Shown here: positions 21,169 through 31,478 of the stretch, piece after piece
Numbering within the stretch: position 1 is the stretch's first letter
How the letters are laid out: every line of letters begins with the position of its first letter
NCBI GenBank assembly: GCA_965247285.1
Contig: CBDFHD010000002.1
Span: 548,632-612,631 of the forward strand
Origin: Candidatus Poribacteria bacterium
GTDB lineage: Bacteria; Poribacteria; WGA-4E; WGA-3G
Direction: 5' to 3'
DNA: 64,000 nucleotides
Notes under the pieces: model-generated
What the model saw: the letters and a program-made list of their open reading frames with translations, nothing else
Databases searched by the model: none
Told to the model about the DNA's origin: nothing
Translations under genes and position numbers: made by a program

Positions 21169-21300
21169 GAAAGTCCTTTCGTTTCGGTGTAATTTAATTG
21201 AAGGGGTGCTCAGAATTCCATCTTCCGCACCCCTTAATTTGACACATTGGGGAAGTTTGTGGGTTGCCCGATCCGTGGATTTCCCCTTTTCATTTCTCAA

Positions 21301-21528
21301 TTATTCAAGCGAAAGTTCCACCTCAACCTGCTCTCCATTTCGCAGCAGTTTTACAGGTAAAGTTTTCGTTTGAGGTTCTTCCTGTAGCACGTAGGCGATA
21401 ATACCGCTTTCTGTCAACCGATCGGTTCGGTCCCCGTAAGCGATGACAATGTCGCCGCGTCGGATACCCGCCTTTTGGGCATTGGTTCCTACATTTGAAC
21501 GCCGTTCACCACAATATTCTCCTTTCAA
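21301..21528 (-). pseudogene. isolated PDZ-domain fragment (probable gene remnant)
   Basis: NVGTNAQKAGIRRGDIVIAYGDRTDR...LPVKLLRNGEQVEVELSL is a PDZ core; the 75-aa ORF has no protease domain or signal peptide. Confidence 0.35.
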
Positions 21529-21598
21529 TTATTTGTTAAAATTAATATTTCCAAGGTCAGCGTGTATCTCTATCCTTGAAAGTTGGTGTTCCCGGAGA

Positions 21599-22201
21599 TT
21601 AAAGCGGGAATTTCTCATTAATCAGCATAAGCGGCTTCTGATTTGCGAACACTCGATAGGTGCGACTGATAAACTTTTCGCCTTCAAGGTGTGCGATGGC
21701 GGACGGTAGATCGGTTAGGACCTCGATACCGCACCAGAGTAGCTCACGCCGAGTCTCTAAACCACTGCACCGCAAAAGACCACCTAAACCTTGTTTGTCG
21801 GATTTCAAACCGTTCAAAATGGATGTCGGCAGACGTTGGGGCACAATGAGCGAGTCCGCATAGGTATGTATTATCGGTGATGATTCTTTCTGTGAATGGG
21901 TTTGGAGTACCACTTGCCGTGAGATGACCTCTGCTCCGGTAGGCAGTTGAAGCCATGTATGTTCAGTAGATAGTGTCTGTTTTGCTTGCTGTAGTAAGGC
22001 TACCTCCACCGGTGCGAGTGTATACGCTTCGACAAATCGCGTAACCGTCCCGTCCGTGACGAGCAGCCCTCGTTGGAATGGCGTGAGGCGTGCGAGGTTA
22101 ATTTCTTTTAACGTTGTTGGTTTATCTTCTTGTGCGACAAAGAGTGCTTTCATGCGTGTATTGATGAAGGCTCCTGATTGTGCAATTGTGTCCGTTTTCA
22201 T
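21599..22201 (-). CDS. chorismate lyase-like (UbiC/UTRA fold, DUF98) protein
   Basis: LLVTDGTVTRFVEAYT resembles the UbiC LLxxDGSxTxxLE motif; about 200 aa. Confidence 0.4.
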   Translation of the reverse strand: MKTDTIAQSGAFINTRMKALFVAQEDKPTTLKEINLARLTPFQRGLLVTDGTVTRFVEAYTLAPVEVALLQQAKQTLSTEHTWLQLPTGAEVISRQVVLQTHSQKESSPIIHTYADSLIVPQRLPTSILNGLKSDKQGLGGLLRCSGLETRRELLWCGIEVLTDLPSAIAHLEGEKFISRTYRVFANQKPLMLINEKFPL

Positions 22202-22336
22202 GCTCAGAGTTCTCTTTCTTTTGTAGAAAAATCGTCTTAAATTAAAAGCACATGCAATGTGGAATTCTTTATGTAATTAGACACGCGAATTAGAAAAAGG
22301 TTCGTTTCTGAAAACATGAGAAACTTATTCCTTCTT

Positions 22337-22371
22337 GACGCACGCTATGAGTTGGGGTATACTGTTTCCAC
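22337..22371 (+). promoter_or_regulatory. candidate sigma70 promoter (TTGACG, 17 nt, TATACT)
   Basis: cttgacgcacgctatgagttggggtatactg, about 50 nt upstream of the 22421 start. Confidence 0.35.
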
Positions 22372-22420
22372 TGGTGCGGTTTTAATTAGGCTTGTGTCAG
22401 ATTATTGAGGGACGTTCCGA

Positions 22421-23287
22421 GTGTCCAAAACATTATACTGTTCTGTATCGCTTTTCTTAATCGTCTTATTCTCGCGCTTCTGTGTTTTCACTGCGACTGC
22501 AGATGAGTACCCGCTATCCCTTGGCAAACATCTCTTCGCGCAAGGCAACTACGATGCCGCTATCACCGAGTATAAACGCTTCCTCTTTTTTCATCCAGAT
22601 GATGTCCGTGTTAGTGAAGTATATCACAACATCGGACTTGCCTATAGAGCACAAGGTCTGTGGACAGAAGCAGATACTTCCTTGCGGGCAGCTACACATC
22701 TCGCTACGGATGCCGAAGCAAAATCGGAATACCAACTGGAACTCGCCGTGACACTGATCGCCGCGCAGGACTACGATCTCGCCCGATTGGAATTGATTAA
22801 GGCGATGATGCGAACCTCTTCCGCGCAGCTGTACCGACGCGCACTTTTCTTGCAAGCCGTTGCGTATATCTATCAGTTTCGATGGGAGGATGCCCGCGAA
22901 TCACTGCGAAACTATACTACCGATGAAAGACTGGGCGCGCTCCTTGATGTTGCTACTGAGATACCGCTGAAATCTGATAGACTTGCGAAGGTGTTATCGG
23001 CAATTTTCCCCGGTGCAGGACAGGTCTATGTAGGCGATTGGAGAGATGGGATAAATGCGCTTCTGTTGAACGGTGCGCTCGGTTTTCTCACTGTTGACGC
23101 GGTATTAGATGGACATTATGTAGACGCGGCGTTGTGGGGCGGATTCATTTTCTGGCGTTACTACCGAGGTAACACCTTCCGTGCGGGACAAGCGGCTGAG
23201 CGATTCAACCAGCGAGAATCTCGCAGTGCCGCCGATGCACTCTTGCAGCGACTCCAAGAAATTGTCGGCACGCCTTTAAAGCCATAG
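22421..23287 (+). CDS. secreted TPR-repeat protein with C-terminal TM2-like domain (paralog of 7358..8242)
   Basis: Same architecture and C-terminal motif (FPGAGQVYVGDWRDGINALLLNGALGFLTVDAV) as the 7358..8242 protein. Confidence 0.6.
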   Translation: MSKTLYCSVSLFLIVLFSRFCVFTATADEYPLSLGKHLFAQGNYDAAITEYKRFLFFHPDDVRVSEVYHNIGLAYRAQGLWTEADTSLRAATHLATDAEAKSEYQLELAVTLIAAQDYDLARLELIKAMMRTSSAQLYRRALFLQAVAYIYQFRWEDARESLRNYTTDERLGALLDVATEIPLKSDRLAKVLSAIFPGAGQVYVGDWRDGINALLLNGALGFLTVDAVLDGHYVDAALWGGFIFWRYYRGNTFRAGQAAERFNQRESRSAADALLQRLQEIVGTPLKP

Positions 23288-23393
23288 CGGGACGACAGGT
23301 CTATAGGGGTTTCCCTTGTTTCGCAGGTTTCCTAAAATCATGCTCCCTTTCGTTCAAGAAAACTGCCCCAGAAAAATAAGCCGAAGCATTTAG

Positions 23394-23478
23394 CACGTAA
23401 TGTAATGGAGTGCGGATATACGGAATGGAGCATGGATGCTCCAACCCACCTGACCGAACCGCAAGGAAAATTAAAAAT
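23394..23478 (+). repeat. intergenic leader-family element, copy 1 (GTAATGTAATGGAG loop hairpin ... AACCGCAAGGAAAATTAAAAA)
   Basis: Read from sequence. Its A/T tail contains the stop codon of the minus-strand TRAP gene. Confidence 0.6.
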
Positions 23479-25375
23479 ACGGTTCTGAGCGTTTCTGAAG
23501 GATGTACACAACCGCGACGAGTACTATAGCGATGACGAACGTCCAGATGTTATAGACGTATGCCAGGAACGCCGCAAGCGCAAGCAATATCCACTCATAC
23601 CAGCGCATCTTGCGGACGAAAAAGCCCACCGTTACAATGGAGAAGATAACTGTGCCCACGACAGCCGATACCACAGATAGTGCGTATTCCACCGGTGTGC
23701 CTCCTGTGAACAGGATGTGGGTATACGCAAACAGCAGCGGCATGATATAGAGAAGTTTAGAAAACTTGAAGCATGCCCATCCTGTTTTCCATGGATCGGC
23801 ACGGGCGATAGCTGCGGCTGCGTAAGCTCCCAAGGCGACCGGGGGCGTGATGTTGGAGTCTTGACTCAACCAGAAGATAATGAGGTGTGCAGCAATAATC
23901 GGTATGCCCATCTCTGGGGTTGTCAGGATCGGTACAGCGAGTTCAGAGGTAATCAGGTAGGCGGCAGTCACAGGAATTCCCATACCCAGAACTAAAGATG
24001 CCGCCGCAAGAAACAGAATTGCGATAACCTTGCTATCCTCCGCAACCAACAGCACTAAATTTGGGAATATCCGTCCTAAGCCTGTTAAATCTATAACAGC
24101 AACAATGATGCCGATAGTGCCAACCGCACCGCCAATGGCGATCGAATTCTTTGCCCCGGTCACCATCGCTTCCCAGATACGTTTCGGTGTGAGTCGTGTC
24201 TCTTTTCGGAAATAACTCACCGCAATTGTGGCAAGAATCGCGAAGAATGCCGCCTTATAAGCGGTATAGCCAGCGATTAAGATGCCGACAAGCGTCAGCA
24301 ACGGCAGTAAGTAATACCAACCACTTTTAAGGAGTGGCAGAAGTTTCGGGATTTCTGCGTCTGGTATCCGTTCTATTCCCTGCTTTTTCGCTTCGAAATG
24401 TACCATTACCCAAACGGAAAGGAAATAGAGAATCGCTGGCACGATGGATAAGAGGGCAATTTTACTATAGGGGAGTCCTGTCCGTTCTGCCATGAGAAAC
24501 GCACCTGCTCCCATCACGGGTGGTAGAAATTGCCCGCCTACGGAGGCGGAAGCTTCGACTGCACCAGCGATGTGCGGACGAAAACCGCTCCGTTTCATCA
24601 AGGGGATCGTGAACGTTCCAGTAGCGACTGTGTTTGCAATCGCACTTCCCGCGACAGAGCCAAAAAAACCGGAGGTCATGACCGAAACTTTCGCCGCTCC
24701 GCCAGTTGAACGTCCTGCTATCGACATCGGTAGGTTGATAAAGAATTGACCGACCCCCGATTTCTCCAGAAAAGCTCCGAAGAAGATAAAGAGAATCACG
24801 TACGTCGCCATCACGTTTGCCATGATGCCGAAGACCCCGGCTTGACTGAAAAAACAGTATTCGATAATCCTGCGAGGCGTAAGCCCACGGTGTGAGATGA
24901 CATCCGGCAAAAAACGACCGAAAAGGGCATATAGGATACCGATCACAGCGATAATAGGCAGTGCCCAACCGACCGTCCGACGGCTCACTTCAAAACTAAT
25001 CAGAATCGCGACCGCGCCTACGAAAATATCGAGTTGACTGTAATTGCCTGCCCGATTGGCGAGATTCGGGTACTCTACAATCCAGTAGCCGATGGTGAAG
25101 ATGCTGAGGGCAATCATGCCCAGGTCTATGAGTGATGGACGGGAGGCTGGGGAGTTCTTCCGACATCGGTAAAAGATGCCGATCAGCGCGAAGGTCAGCA
25201 GGAGATAGAAACCGAGATGGAATTGTTCACTGGCACTTCCAAACCCTGCACTGTAGATATAAAAGAGGACGAGGGCAGCTGCACCGAGTTCAAAAATCCA
25301 TTTATATATTTTTTCTAATTCAGTCCGTTGTGTGGTTTCAAAGCCAGCAACTTCTTTTGGTTCAGTCTGTGTCAT
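23471..25375 (-). CDS. TRAP transporter fused permease (DctQ-DctM-like, 4TM plus 12TM fusion)
   Basis: Highly hydrophobic 635-aa multi-pass protein with TRAP large-permease-like pattern. Start moved to ATG 25375 (SD GGAGG 5 nt upstream; MTQTEPKE...). Confidence 0.7.
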   Translation of the reverse strand: MTQTEPKEVAGFETTQRTELEKIYKWIFELGAAALVLFYIYSAGFGSASEQFHLGFYLLLTFALIGIFYRCRKNSPASRPSLIDLGMIALSIFTIGYWIVEYPNLANRAGNYSQLDIFVGAVAILISFEVSRRTVGWALPIIAVIGILYALFGRFLPDVISHRGLTPRRIIEYCFFSQAGVFGIMANVMATYVILFIFFGAFLEKSGVGQFFINLPMSIAGRSTGGAAKVSVMTSGFFGSVAGSAIANTVATGTFTIPLMKRSGFRPHIAGAVEASASVGGQFLPPVMGAGAFLMAERTGLPYSKIALLSIVPAILYFLSVWVMVHFEAKKQGIERIPDAEIPKLLPLLKSGWYYLLPLLTLVGILIAGYTAYKAAFFAILATIAVSYFRKETRLTPKRIWEAMVTGAKNSIAIGGAVGTIGIIVAVIDLTGLGRIFPNLVLLVAEDSKVIAILFLAAASLVLGMGIPVTAAYLITSELAVPILTTPEMGIPIIAAHLIIFWLSQDSNITPPVALGAYAAAAIARADPWKTGWACFKFSKLLYIMPLLFAYTHILFTGGTPVEYALSVVSAVVGTVIFSIVTVGFFVRKMRWYEWILLALAAFLAYVYNIWTFVIAIVLVAVVYILQKRSEPYF

Positions 25376-25493
25376 TTTTCCTCCACTGGGGTATTCCTTC
25401 AATAATTTTACATCAAATTGGCACAGAAGGCAACAGTTTTCAACTGAATAGGGCTATTGAGTTTTCCAGACATGCTTCAAGTCCGCTGGTTTG

Positions 25494-25604
25494 TAGTAAA
25501 GCCCGAAAATATGTGAACATACGGTTTAGGAACTTCCCTTCTCGCTGGCGAGGTTTCTAACCTCGCCCACGCTAATGTGTATAGATAATTATAGGTTTTA
25601 CTAT
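25494..25604. mobile_element. MITE-like element family B (TIRs TAGTAAAGCCC / GGTTTTACTA) carrying the CGCTGGCGAGG hairpin
   Basis: About 80 percent identical to the 34046..34160 element; both ends read from sequence. Confidence 0.55.
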
Positions 25605-25746
25605 ATTGCCCGTTATATACACCTTTAGAACGTGCGATGAATCGCACGACTACAACACATTCGCGCATTGAATACGGATGCTTGCCAAGAAAAGGCAGCT
25701 GTGATAGAATAGCAGTACGTCAACTGACTCAGGGAGGAGACACAAA

Positions 25747-26799
25747 ATGGCAATAGGATTGGGCGTTATTGGGATGAACCCCACGAATATGGGGTCGACT
25801 GCGACACTGTTAAAAGATATACCGGACCTGAAATATGAACTCCGTGGTATCTGCGCGAGGCGTGCAGATGTGCTGGAGAACTACGCCAGCCAAATCGGTG
25901 TGGATTTTTGGACGACAGATTACCGCGAACTCGTACAGCGCGAGGATATTTCTGTCATCGCTATCTATTCCCCCGACCATCTGCACGCCGAACATTGCGT
26001 CGCTGCGATAGAAGCTGGAAAACACGTCATTTGCACTAAACCAATGGTAACCAAATTAGCCGATGCGCAACAGTTAGTGGATCTGGTGCGCGAGCACAAG
26101 GTCAAATTCCTTGTGGGACAGACGATGCGGTTTGATCTCCAGTTTTTGACGATGAAACAGTTCTTCGATGATGGTGATTTAGGCGACATCATGCTGGCAG
26201 ATGCCTATTATGTCCACGACATGCGCGAGGTCTACGATTTCACGCCGTGGCGGCTTCATGAACCGCAAGATTTGATGTTCGGCGGTATTGTGCATCCTGT
26301 TGACCTATTGCGCTGTCTTCTCGGTGATGTAGATGAGGTGCACGCCTATGGGACGAAAGGCTTGCTCACACCGGAATACCCCATAAAGAACAATTTTTTT
26401 CTCAACCTGAAGTTTAAGAGCGGACAGATTGCGAGAGCAATGGGGCTTTACGATGTCGTCCATCCCCCGATGCCGATGCAGCAGATTTCCATTTTCGGAA
26501 GTAAAGGGACGGTAATTGGGGACTTTACGGACAACAAAGAAGGGCACGTCAAGTTGATGCTCGATAAAATGTCCACCAGAGAGCCCTTTGAAGTGACCTG
26601 CTCACCTGAAATAGACACAAGTGTTTATGGGCATGGGCAAACGGTTATCCGATATATGCGCCATTTTCAGCAGTGTCTTGAGGAAGATTTGGAGCCATCG
26701 CCGAATGTGATTGACGGTGCAAAATCTATTGCTGTGGGTGTGGCCGCGTGGGAGTCTATTGAGACGGGACAACCTGTGAAGGTATTCAACGAGTTTTAA
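25747..26799 (+). CDS. Gfo/Idh/MocA family oxidoreductase
   Basis: N-terminal Rossmann fold GLGVIGMN..., characteristic EHC..AIEAGKHVICTKP motif. Confidence 0.8.
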   Translation: MAIGLGVIGMNPTNMGSTATLLKDIPDLKYELRGICARRADVLENYASQIGVDFWTTDYRELVQREDISVIAIYSPDHLHAEHCVAAIEAGKHVICTKPMVTKLADAQQLVDLVREHKVKFLVGQTMRFDLQFLTMKQFFDDGDLGDIMLADAYYVHDMREVYDFTPWRLHEPQDLMFGGIVHPVDLLRCLLGDVDEVHAYGTKGLLTPEYPIKNNFFLNLKFKSGQIARAMGLYDVVHPPMPMQQISIFGSKGTVIGDFTDNKEGHVKLMLDKMSTREPFEVTCSPEIDTSVYGHGQTVIRYMRHFQQCLEEDLEPSPNVIDGAKSIAVGVAAWESIETGQPVKVFNEF

Positions 26800-26891
26800 C
26801 AGTCAGCAATTAGCAATCAGCCATCAGTAAAGCGGCTTCTGAGCAAATCGGAAGTCCGCGTGCTTCTATTTCTTCTGTTAAAGAGAAACCG

Positions 26892-26980
26892 TAGCCTGCA
26901 ACAACGGCGCAGGCGGATATACGGAGAGGCACGTGAGCATCTAAACCCACCTGACTGAACCGCAAGGAAAAATTAAAAAC
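26892..26980 (+). repeat. intergenic leader-family element, copy 2 (GCCTGCAACAACGGCGCAGGC hairpin ... AACCGCAAGGAAAAATTAAAAA)
   Basis: Read from sequence; immediately followed by a near-consensus promoter. Confidence 0.6.
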
Positions 26981-27015
26981 TTGACATTTTGTTTTGCATA
27001 ATATATAATTTAGGT
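26981..27015 (+). promoter_or_regulatory. near-consensus sigma70 promoter TTGACA, 17 nt, TATAAT upstream of the DtxR-family regulator gene
   Basis: cttgacattttgttttgcataatatataat read from sequence. Confidence 0.5.
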
Positions 27016-27157
27016 ATGCCTAAAATAATTTCTCAACATTTCTAACAATCTTGGTACGTAGTGCCTAAAACTGAATGGGTGTAACGCCCATACATTTACT
27101 TACCGCAGCGGGAAAACGAAGTGCATTGTCTGTTCCCTTTGCGGATTGGAAAGAACA

Positions 27158-27817
27158 ATGCTTACACATGCAGCTGAGGATTACCTCAAGTCGATCTACA
27201 AATTGCAAGAGAAGGTCGGTAAAGTTTCGACTGGCATTTTGGCGGAATTCCTCAATGTGAAGCCTGCGTCTGCCACTGGGATGATTAAAAAACTAAAAAC
27301 GATGAAACTGGTGAAACACGAGCGCTATCACGGTGTTACGCTGACGGCTACCGGGAAAGCAATCGCACTCGAAATTATCCGACACCATCGTTTGTTGGAA
27401 CTTTATCTATTCAAGGCACTCGGTGTTCCGTGGGATGGTGTTCACGAAGAAGCCGAGAAATTGGAGCATGTCATTTCAGAAGACGTGGAGGCACGGATGG
27501 ACGAATTTCTCGGATACCCGACTGCCGACCCGCACGGTGCACCGATACCCGATAAAAATGGGGTCGTAACACAGACAGCGTACGTTCCGATGACAGACTT
27601 GTGTAGTGGACAATCCTGCATCGTTGCTGAAGTGAGTGACACCGATTCGGCGATGCTTCGGCATTTAGGAAGTTTCAATCTCTACCCGGGCACAGCATTC
27701 CGAGTGATTGCGGTTGCTCCGTTTGAAGGTCCCTATACTATTGACGTCGCAGGACAGCAGGTCGTTATTGGACGCGAGGTTGCGAAACATATTTTTGTCG
27801 AGGATGTACAGGAATAG
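27158..27817 (+). CDS. DtxR/MntR-family metal-dependent transcriptional regulator with C-terminal FeoA/SH3-like domain
   Basis: HTH region AEDYLKSIYKLQEKVGKVSTGILAEFLNVKPASATGMIKKL, metal-binding/dimerisation region (HHRLLELYL), C-terminal FeoA-like GQSCIVAEVSD. Confidence 0.85.
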   Translation: MLTHAAEDYLKSIYKLQEKVGKVSTGILAEFLNVKPASATGMIKKLKTMKLVKHERYHGVTLTATGKAIALEIIRHHRLLELYLFKALGVPWDGVHEEAEKLEHVISEDVEARMDEFLGYPTADPHGAPIPDKNGVVTQTAYVPMTDLCSGQSCIVAEVSDTDSAMLRHLGSFNLYPGTAFRVIAVAPFEGPYTIDVAGQQVVIGREVAKHIFVEDVQE

Positions 27818-28015
27818 CAGTAGGCTTTCGGTGAGTACCCTTCGACTCCGTTATAAGTGCTAAAGCACGAGTTGATGGTTAAGGTTATGAGAAAACCTTC
27901 TTTGTTCTGTACTGGCGAGGTAACCTCGTCCCCGCGAAGCCAGGCTGGCAGCCGATGGTTTCCGACTGCTATTAAGCTGTGAAGCGCGCTTATTACCACT
28001 AACGGGAGTCTAAAA

Positions 28016-29155
28016 ATGGAACAACAAAAGCAGATTCGACCGGATAATAAAACAACCAAAGTGTGGAAACGCCATTTACAAGATGAAGTTGACGCGAGTT
28101 TCCTTTATAGTGTTTTCGCCGGTCTTGAATCCGATCCGAAGCGAAAAGACATATTAAGTGGACTCGCAGGGGTGGAAAATCGGCATGTAATACGTTGGCG
28201 GGAGATACTCGCTACCTACGATATAAAAGTTAAAAGGCAGCAACCAACATTGAAGGCGAGGTTGATGGCGTGGTATGCTCGCCGCTTTGGTAGTGAATTT
28301 CCACTCTCGCAGATGCTCGGTGAGGAGGCAAATGAAGTCAAAGACTATTTAACACTTCACAGGAACAGCATAAGGAAGGATGTGAAAGAGACCGCGCTTG
28401 ACTTAGCCAAAGAATCCGCGATGCATACAGAGAGTTTGCAGGAACTTACCGGAACGAGTGGCGAGCCGTGGCACAAAACTGAATCTGGAGGGATGGTCGG
28501 CAACATTGTTTATGGGTTTAACGACGGTTTAACGGCGAACTTTGGTTTAGTCGTTGGCATCATCGCTGCGACATCGGATGTCTCCACGATTCTTGTGACA
28601 GGTATCATTGGGACGGTCGCGGATTCACTGTCGATGGGGGCTTCAGGCTACCTTGCCGCGAAAAGTGAACAAGAGGTTTATGATCACGAAATCGAGGTCG
28701 AAAGAGACGAAATTCGCCTCATGCCTGACATTGAGGAGGATGAGTTTGCTCTCATTTATGCAGCCCGCGGCATGCCTTTGGAACAGGCGCGTTCCCTCGC
28801 ACAGGAGGTAATGAGCGATCCTGAAAGAGCACTGGCAGAGAAAATTCAAACCGAGCTTAAAATTGGCGAAGTCTATGCAACCCCGTTTAAAGAGGGCTGG
28901 ATTACAGGAATCGCGACTGCTGTCGGTGCTTTCATTCCTGTCGCTCCATTCCTTTTTACAGAAGGCATATTAGCGATCTGGATTTCGTTCACACTTGCGA
29001 TGATATCCCACTTTGCTGTTGGTGCTACACGGAGTTTCTTCACTGGGCGGGGTTTGTTTCGTAGTGGTATTGACATGTTCGCTGTGGGGCTTGGAGTCGC
29101 AGGGGTTGGCTATCTCGTTGGTAAACTCTTAGAACGCTTCTTTTTGGGGAATTAA
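28016..29155 (+). CDS. MbfA-like membrane-bound ferritin / VIT1-CCC1 family metal exporter (N-terminal erythrin/ferritin-like domain plus C-terminal VIT domain)
   Basis: N-terminal ferritin-like four-helix pattern with Glu/His ligands (LAGVENRHV..., EEANEVKDYLTLH). C-terminal VIT/CCC1 membrane domain (GFNDGLTANFGLVVG, SMGASGYLAAKSEQE). Confidence 0.65.
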   Translation: MEQQKQIRPDNKTTKVWKRHLQDEVDASFLYSVFAGLESDPKRKDILSGLAGVENRHVIRWREILATYDIKVKRQQPTLKARLMAWYARRFGSEFPLSQMLGEEANEVKDYLTLHRNSIRKDVKETALDLAKESAMHTESLQELTGTSGEPWHKTESGGMVGNIVYGFNDGLTANFGLVVGIIAATSDVSTILVTGIIGTVADSLSMGASGYLAAKSEQEVYDHEIEVERDEIRLMPDIEEDEFALIYAARGMPLEQARSLAQEVMSDPERALAEKIQTELKIGEVYATPFKEGWITGIATAVGAFIPVAPFLFTEGILAIWISFTLAMISHFAVGATRSFFTGRGLFRSGIDMFAVGLGVAGVGYLVGKLLERFFLGN

Positions 29156-29158
29156 ATT

Positions 29159-30118
29159 ATGCAAAGAATCTACATATCATTACTGTTAATGTTCATATTT
29201 GTGTATACTGGATGCGATCCAAAACAGCAGCCTGATGCTTCCACAGGAGGTAAACTTCGCATTGTCACAACGATCGGTATGATTACCGATATTGTAAAAA
29301 ATGTTGGTGGTGAACGCGTTGAGGTCACAGGATTGATGGGTCCCGGTGTAGATCCACACCTCTATAAGGCGAGTGCAGGTGATGTCCATAGGTTAACTTC
29401 AGCACAAATCATTTTCTTTAACGGACTGCACCTTGAGTCAAAAATGGGTGATATCCTTGCCAAGATGACAGGAAATACCAAGACTGTTGCCGTAACAGAT
29501 GCCGTTGACCGGAACTTACTGCTAACACCACCGGAATTTGAAGGGCAGTATGACCCGCATGTATGGTTTGACGTAACGCTTTGGATGAGAGCGGTGGGAA
29601 AGGTTCGCGATACCCTGAGTGAATATGATTCGGATAACACGCTCATGTACTGGAGCAATGCCGAACGCTACCTCGCGAAACTCGCGGAACTGCATGAGTA
29701 CGTGAAGGCACAGTCGGCACGCGTGCCATCTGAACAACGCGTACTCGTAACAGCACACGACGCTTTTAACTATTTCGGGAAGGCTTATGGGTTTGAGGTG
29801 CGCGGGCTACTGGGTATTAGCACCGCAACAGAGGCAGGTATTGCTGATGTCCAGGAATTGGCGACCTTTATAGCTGAGCGGCGCATTCCTGCAATCTTTG
29901 TGGAATCCTCTGTTTCGTCAAGGAGTCTTACAGCGGTCCAAGCAGCTGTCAACTCAAAAGGGGTTGATGTAAAAATTGGTGGTGAACTTTTCTCTGATGC
30001 TATGGGAAACAAGGGAACCCCTGAAGGCACTTATATCGGGATGGTTCGCCACAATATTGATACGATTGTGACTGCACTCATTGGGGGAACGTCCGCCAGT
30101 TCTATGGTGGGACCGTGA
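29159..30118 (+). CDS. metal (Mn/Zn/Fe) ABC transporter substrate-binding lipoprotein, TroA/ZnuA/MntC family
   Basis: Lipoprotein signal (VYTGC), cluster 9 substrate-binding-protein pattern (KLRIVTTIGMITDIVKNVGGERVEVTGLMGPGVDPHLY). Confidence 0.8.
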   Translation: MQRIYISLLLMFIFVYTGCDPKQQPDASTGGKLRIVTTIGMITDIVKNVGGERVEVTGLMGPGVDPHLYKASAGDVHRLTSAQIIFFNGLHLESKMGDILAKMTGNTKTVAVTDAVDRNLLLTPPEFEGQYDPHVWFDVTLWMRAVGKVRDTLSEYDSDNTLMYWSNAERYLAKLAELHEYVKAQSARVPSEQRVLVTAHDAFNYFGKAYGFEVRGLLGISTATEAGIADVQELATFIAERRIPAIFVESSVSSRSLTAVQAAVNSKGVDVKIGGELFSDAMGNKGTPEGTYIGMVRHNIDTIVTALIGGTSASSMVGP

Positions 30119-30587
30119 TACTACCCACAACCTAAAGGTTGGGGCTTCGGCTTCATAGCGACTGCGTTCTCACCAGAGGTTTGAACGTCTTATTGCCGCT
30201 CCACCCGCAGGCTCTTATTCCGAATCAGATCGGTTTTATCTGGTTTAGGTCCAGGGTACCCCAGCCTGCAAAATGATAAATGAGGAGGGTAGCGATACAA
30301 GGCGTAGGGTTATTACTCCACAATCGTCTTACATGAACGCTACCTAATAATTGATGTTTTACAAGGTCTCACTTGCAACTCGCCACATACCGTATCACGG
30401 GTAAGGATAGGACTCTACCAAGTGGTAGAGGTGATACTCCTATCCAGCAAGTTACATATAGAATACCATAATTTTAGGTAAATGTCAAGTTTATTTTGGT
30501 TTCCATAAACCCTAAGCCGTCTACATCCCGCAAGCTAAAGCATGGGGATTTGACGGAAGAGCGTTAAGGTGATAGAACAAAGTCCGT

Positions 30588-30675
30588 AGTTCGTAATGAA
30601 ATGGAGAGCGGGTTTCAGAACGGAGCGTCAAAGTTCAAACCCACATTGTTTAACCGCAAGGAATAATTAAATTAC
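30588..30675 (+). repeat. intergenic leader-family element, copy 3, ending directly at the ATG of the ABC ATPase
   Basis: TCGTAATGAAATGGAGAGCGG...TTAACCGCAAGGAATAATTAAATTAC-ATG. Sits within a 557-bp gap that splits the metal-transporter operon. Confidence 0.6.
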
Positions 30676-31416
30676 ATGCAAGCCTCGGAAACGAAAGCCA
30701 TTGAAGTAACGGATCTGACAGTTGCCTATCAAGATCAACCTGTTTTGTGGGATATCGATCTGGATGTGCCACCAAGCGTGCTTTTGGCAATCGTTGGTCC
30801 CAATGGCGCAGGCAAAACTACATTGATTAAGGCGATTTTAGGGTTAGTACGCCCCGCGGCAGGCAACGTCTTGATTTACGGCAAACCTTATGAAGCACAA
30901 CGCCGGATTGTTGGTTATGTCCCGCAACGGGGGAGCGTTGACTGGGATTTTCCAACAAACGTGCTGGATGTCGTCATGATGGGACGTTACGGCGCACTCG
31001 GATGGATGAGACGACCCGGGAAGCAGGAACGGGAACTCGCCATGCATGCGTTGGAGAAGGTTGGTATGGAGGCGTATACCAACCGACAAATTAGTCAACT
31101 CTCCGGCGGACAGCAACAACGTGTTTTCCTCGCTCGTGCCCTTGTTCAAGATGCTACGATATATTTGATGGATGAGCCTTTTCAAGGTGTTGATGCTACC
31201 ACGGAACGCGCGATTGTTACACTCCTTCAGGAATTCCGAGAAAAAGGGAAAACGGTTGTCGTGGTACATCACGATTTACAAACGGTAACGGACTATTTCG
31301 ATTGGGTGATGCTTTTGAACATTCGCCGGATTGCGAGTGGACCTGTTGGTGAAACGTTCACACCTGAAAATTTGCGTACAACTTACGGTGGTCGTGTCGC
31401 GTTTATGACAAAGTAG
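30676..31416 (+). CDS. metal ABC transporter ATP-binding protein (ZnuC/MntB/TroB-like)
   Basis: Walker [10 protein letters not shown], signature [12 protein letters not shown], Walker B IYLMDEP. Confidence 0.85.
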   Translation: MQASETKAIEVTDLTVAYQDQPVLWDIDLDVPPSVLLAIVGPNGAGKTTLIKAILGLVRPAAGNVLIYGKPYEAQRRIVGYVPQRGSVDWDFPTNVLDVVMMGRYGALGWMRRPGKQERELAMHALEKVGMEAYTNRQISQLSGGQQQRVFLARALVQDATIYLMDEPFQGVDATTERAIVTLLQEFREKGKTVVVVHHDLQTVTDYFDWVMLLNIRRIASGPVGETFTPENLRTTYGGRVAFMTK

Positions 31417-31478
31417 TAGGCATACTCCGTATGCCGTAACCAAAGCAGTAGGTGCGCTCTATGTGCCGTTCATAGATC

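Noticed and set aside
30119-30675. Possible Mn (yybP-ykoY) or other riboswitch in the 557-bp gap inside the metal transporter operon
   Set aside because: No recognisable conserved riboswitch core could be identified by eye. The conserved part of the gap is explained by the leader-family repeat element. This needs an Infernal scan.
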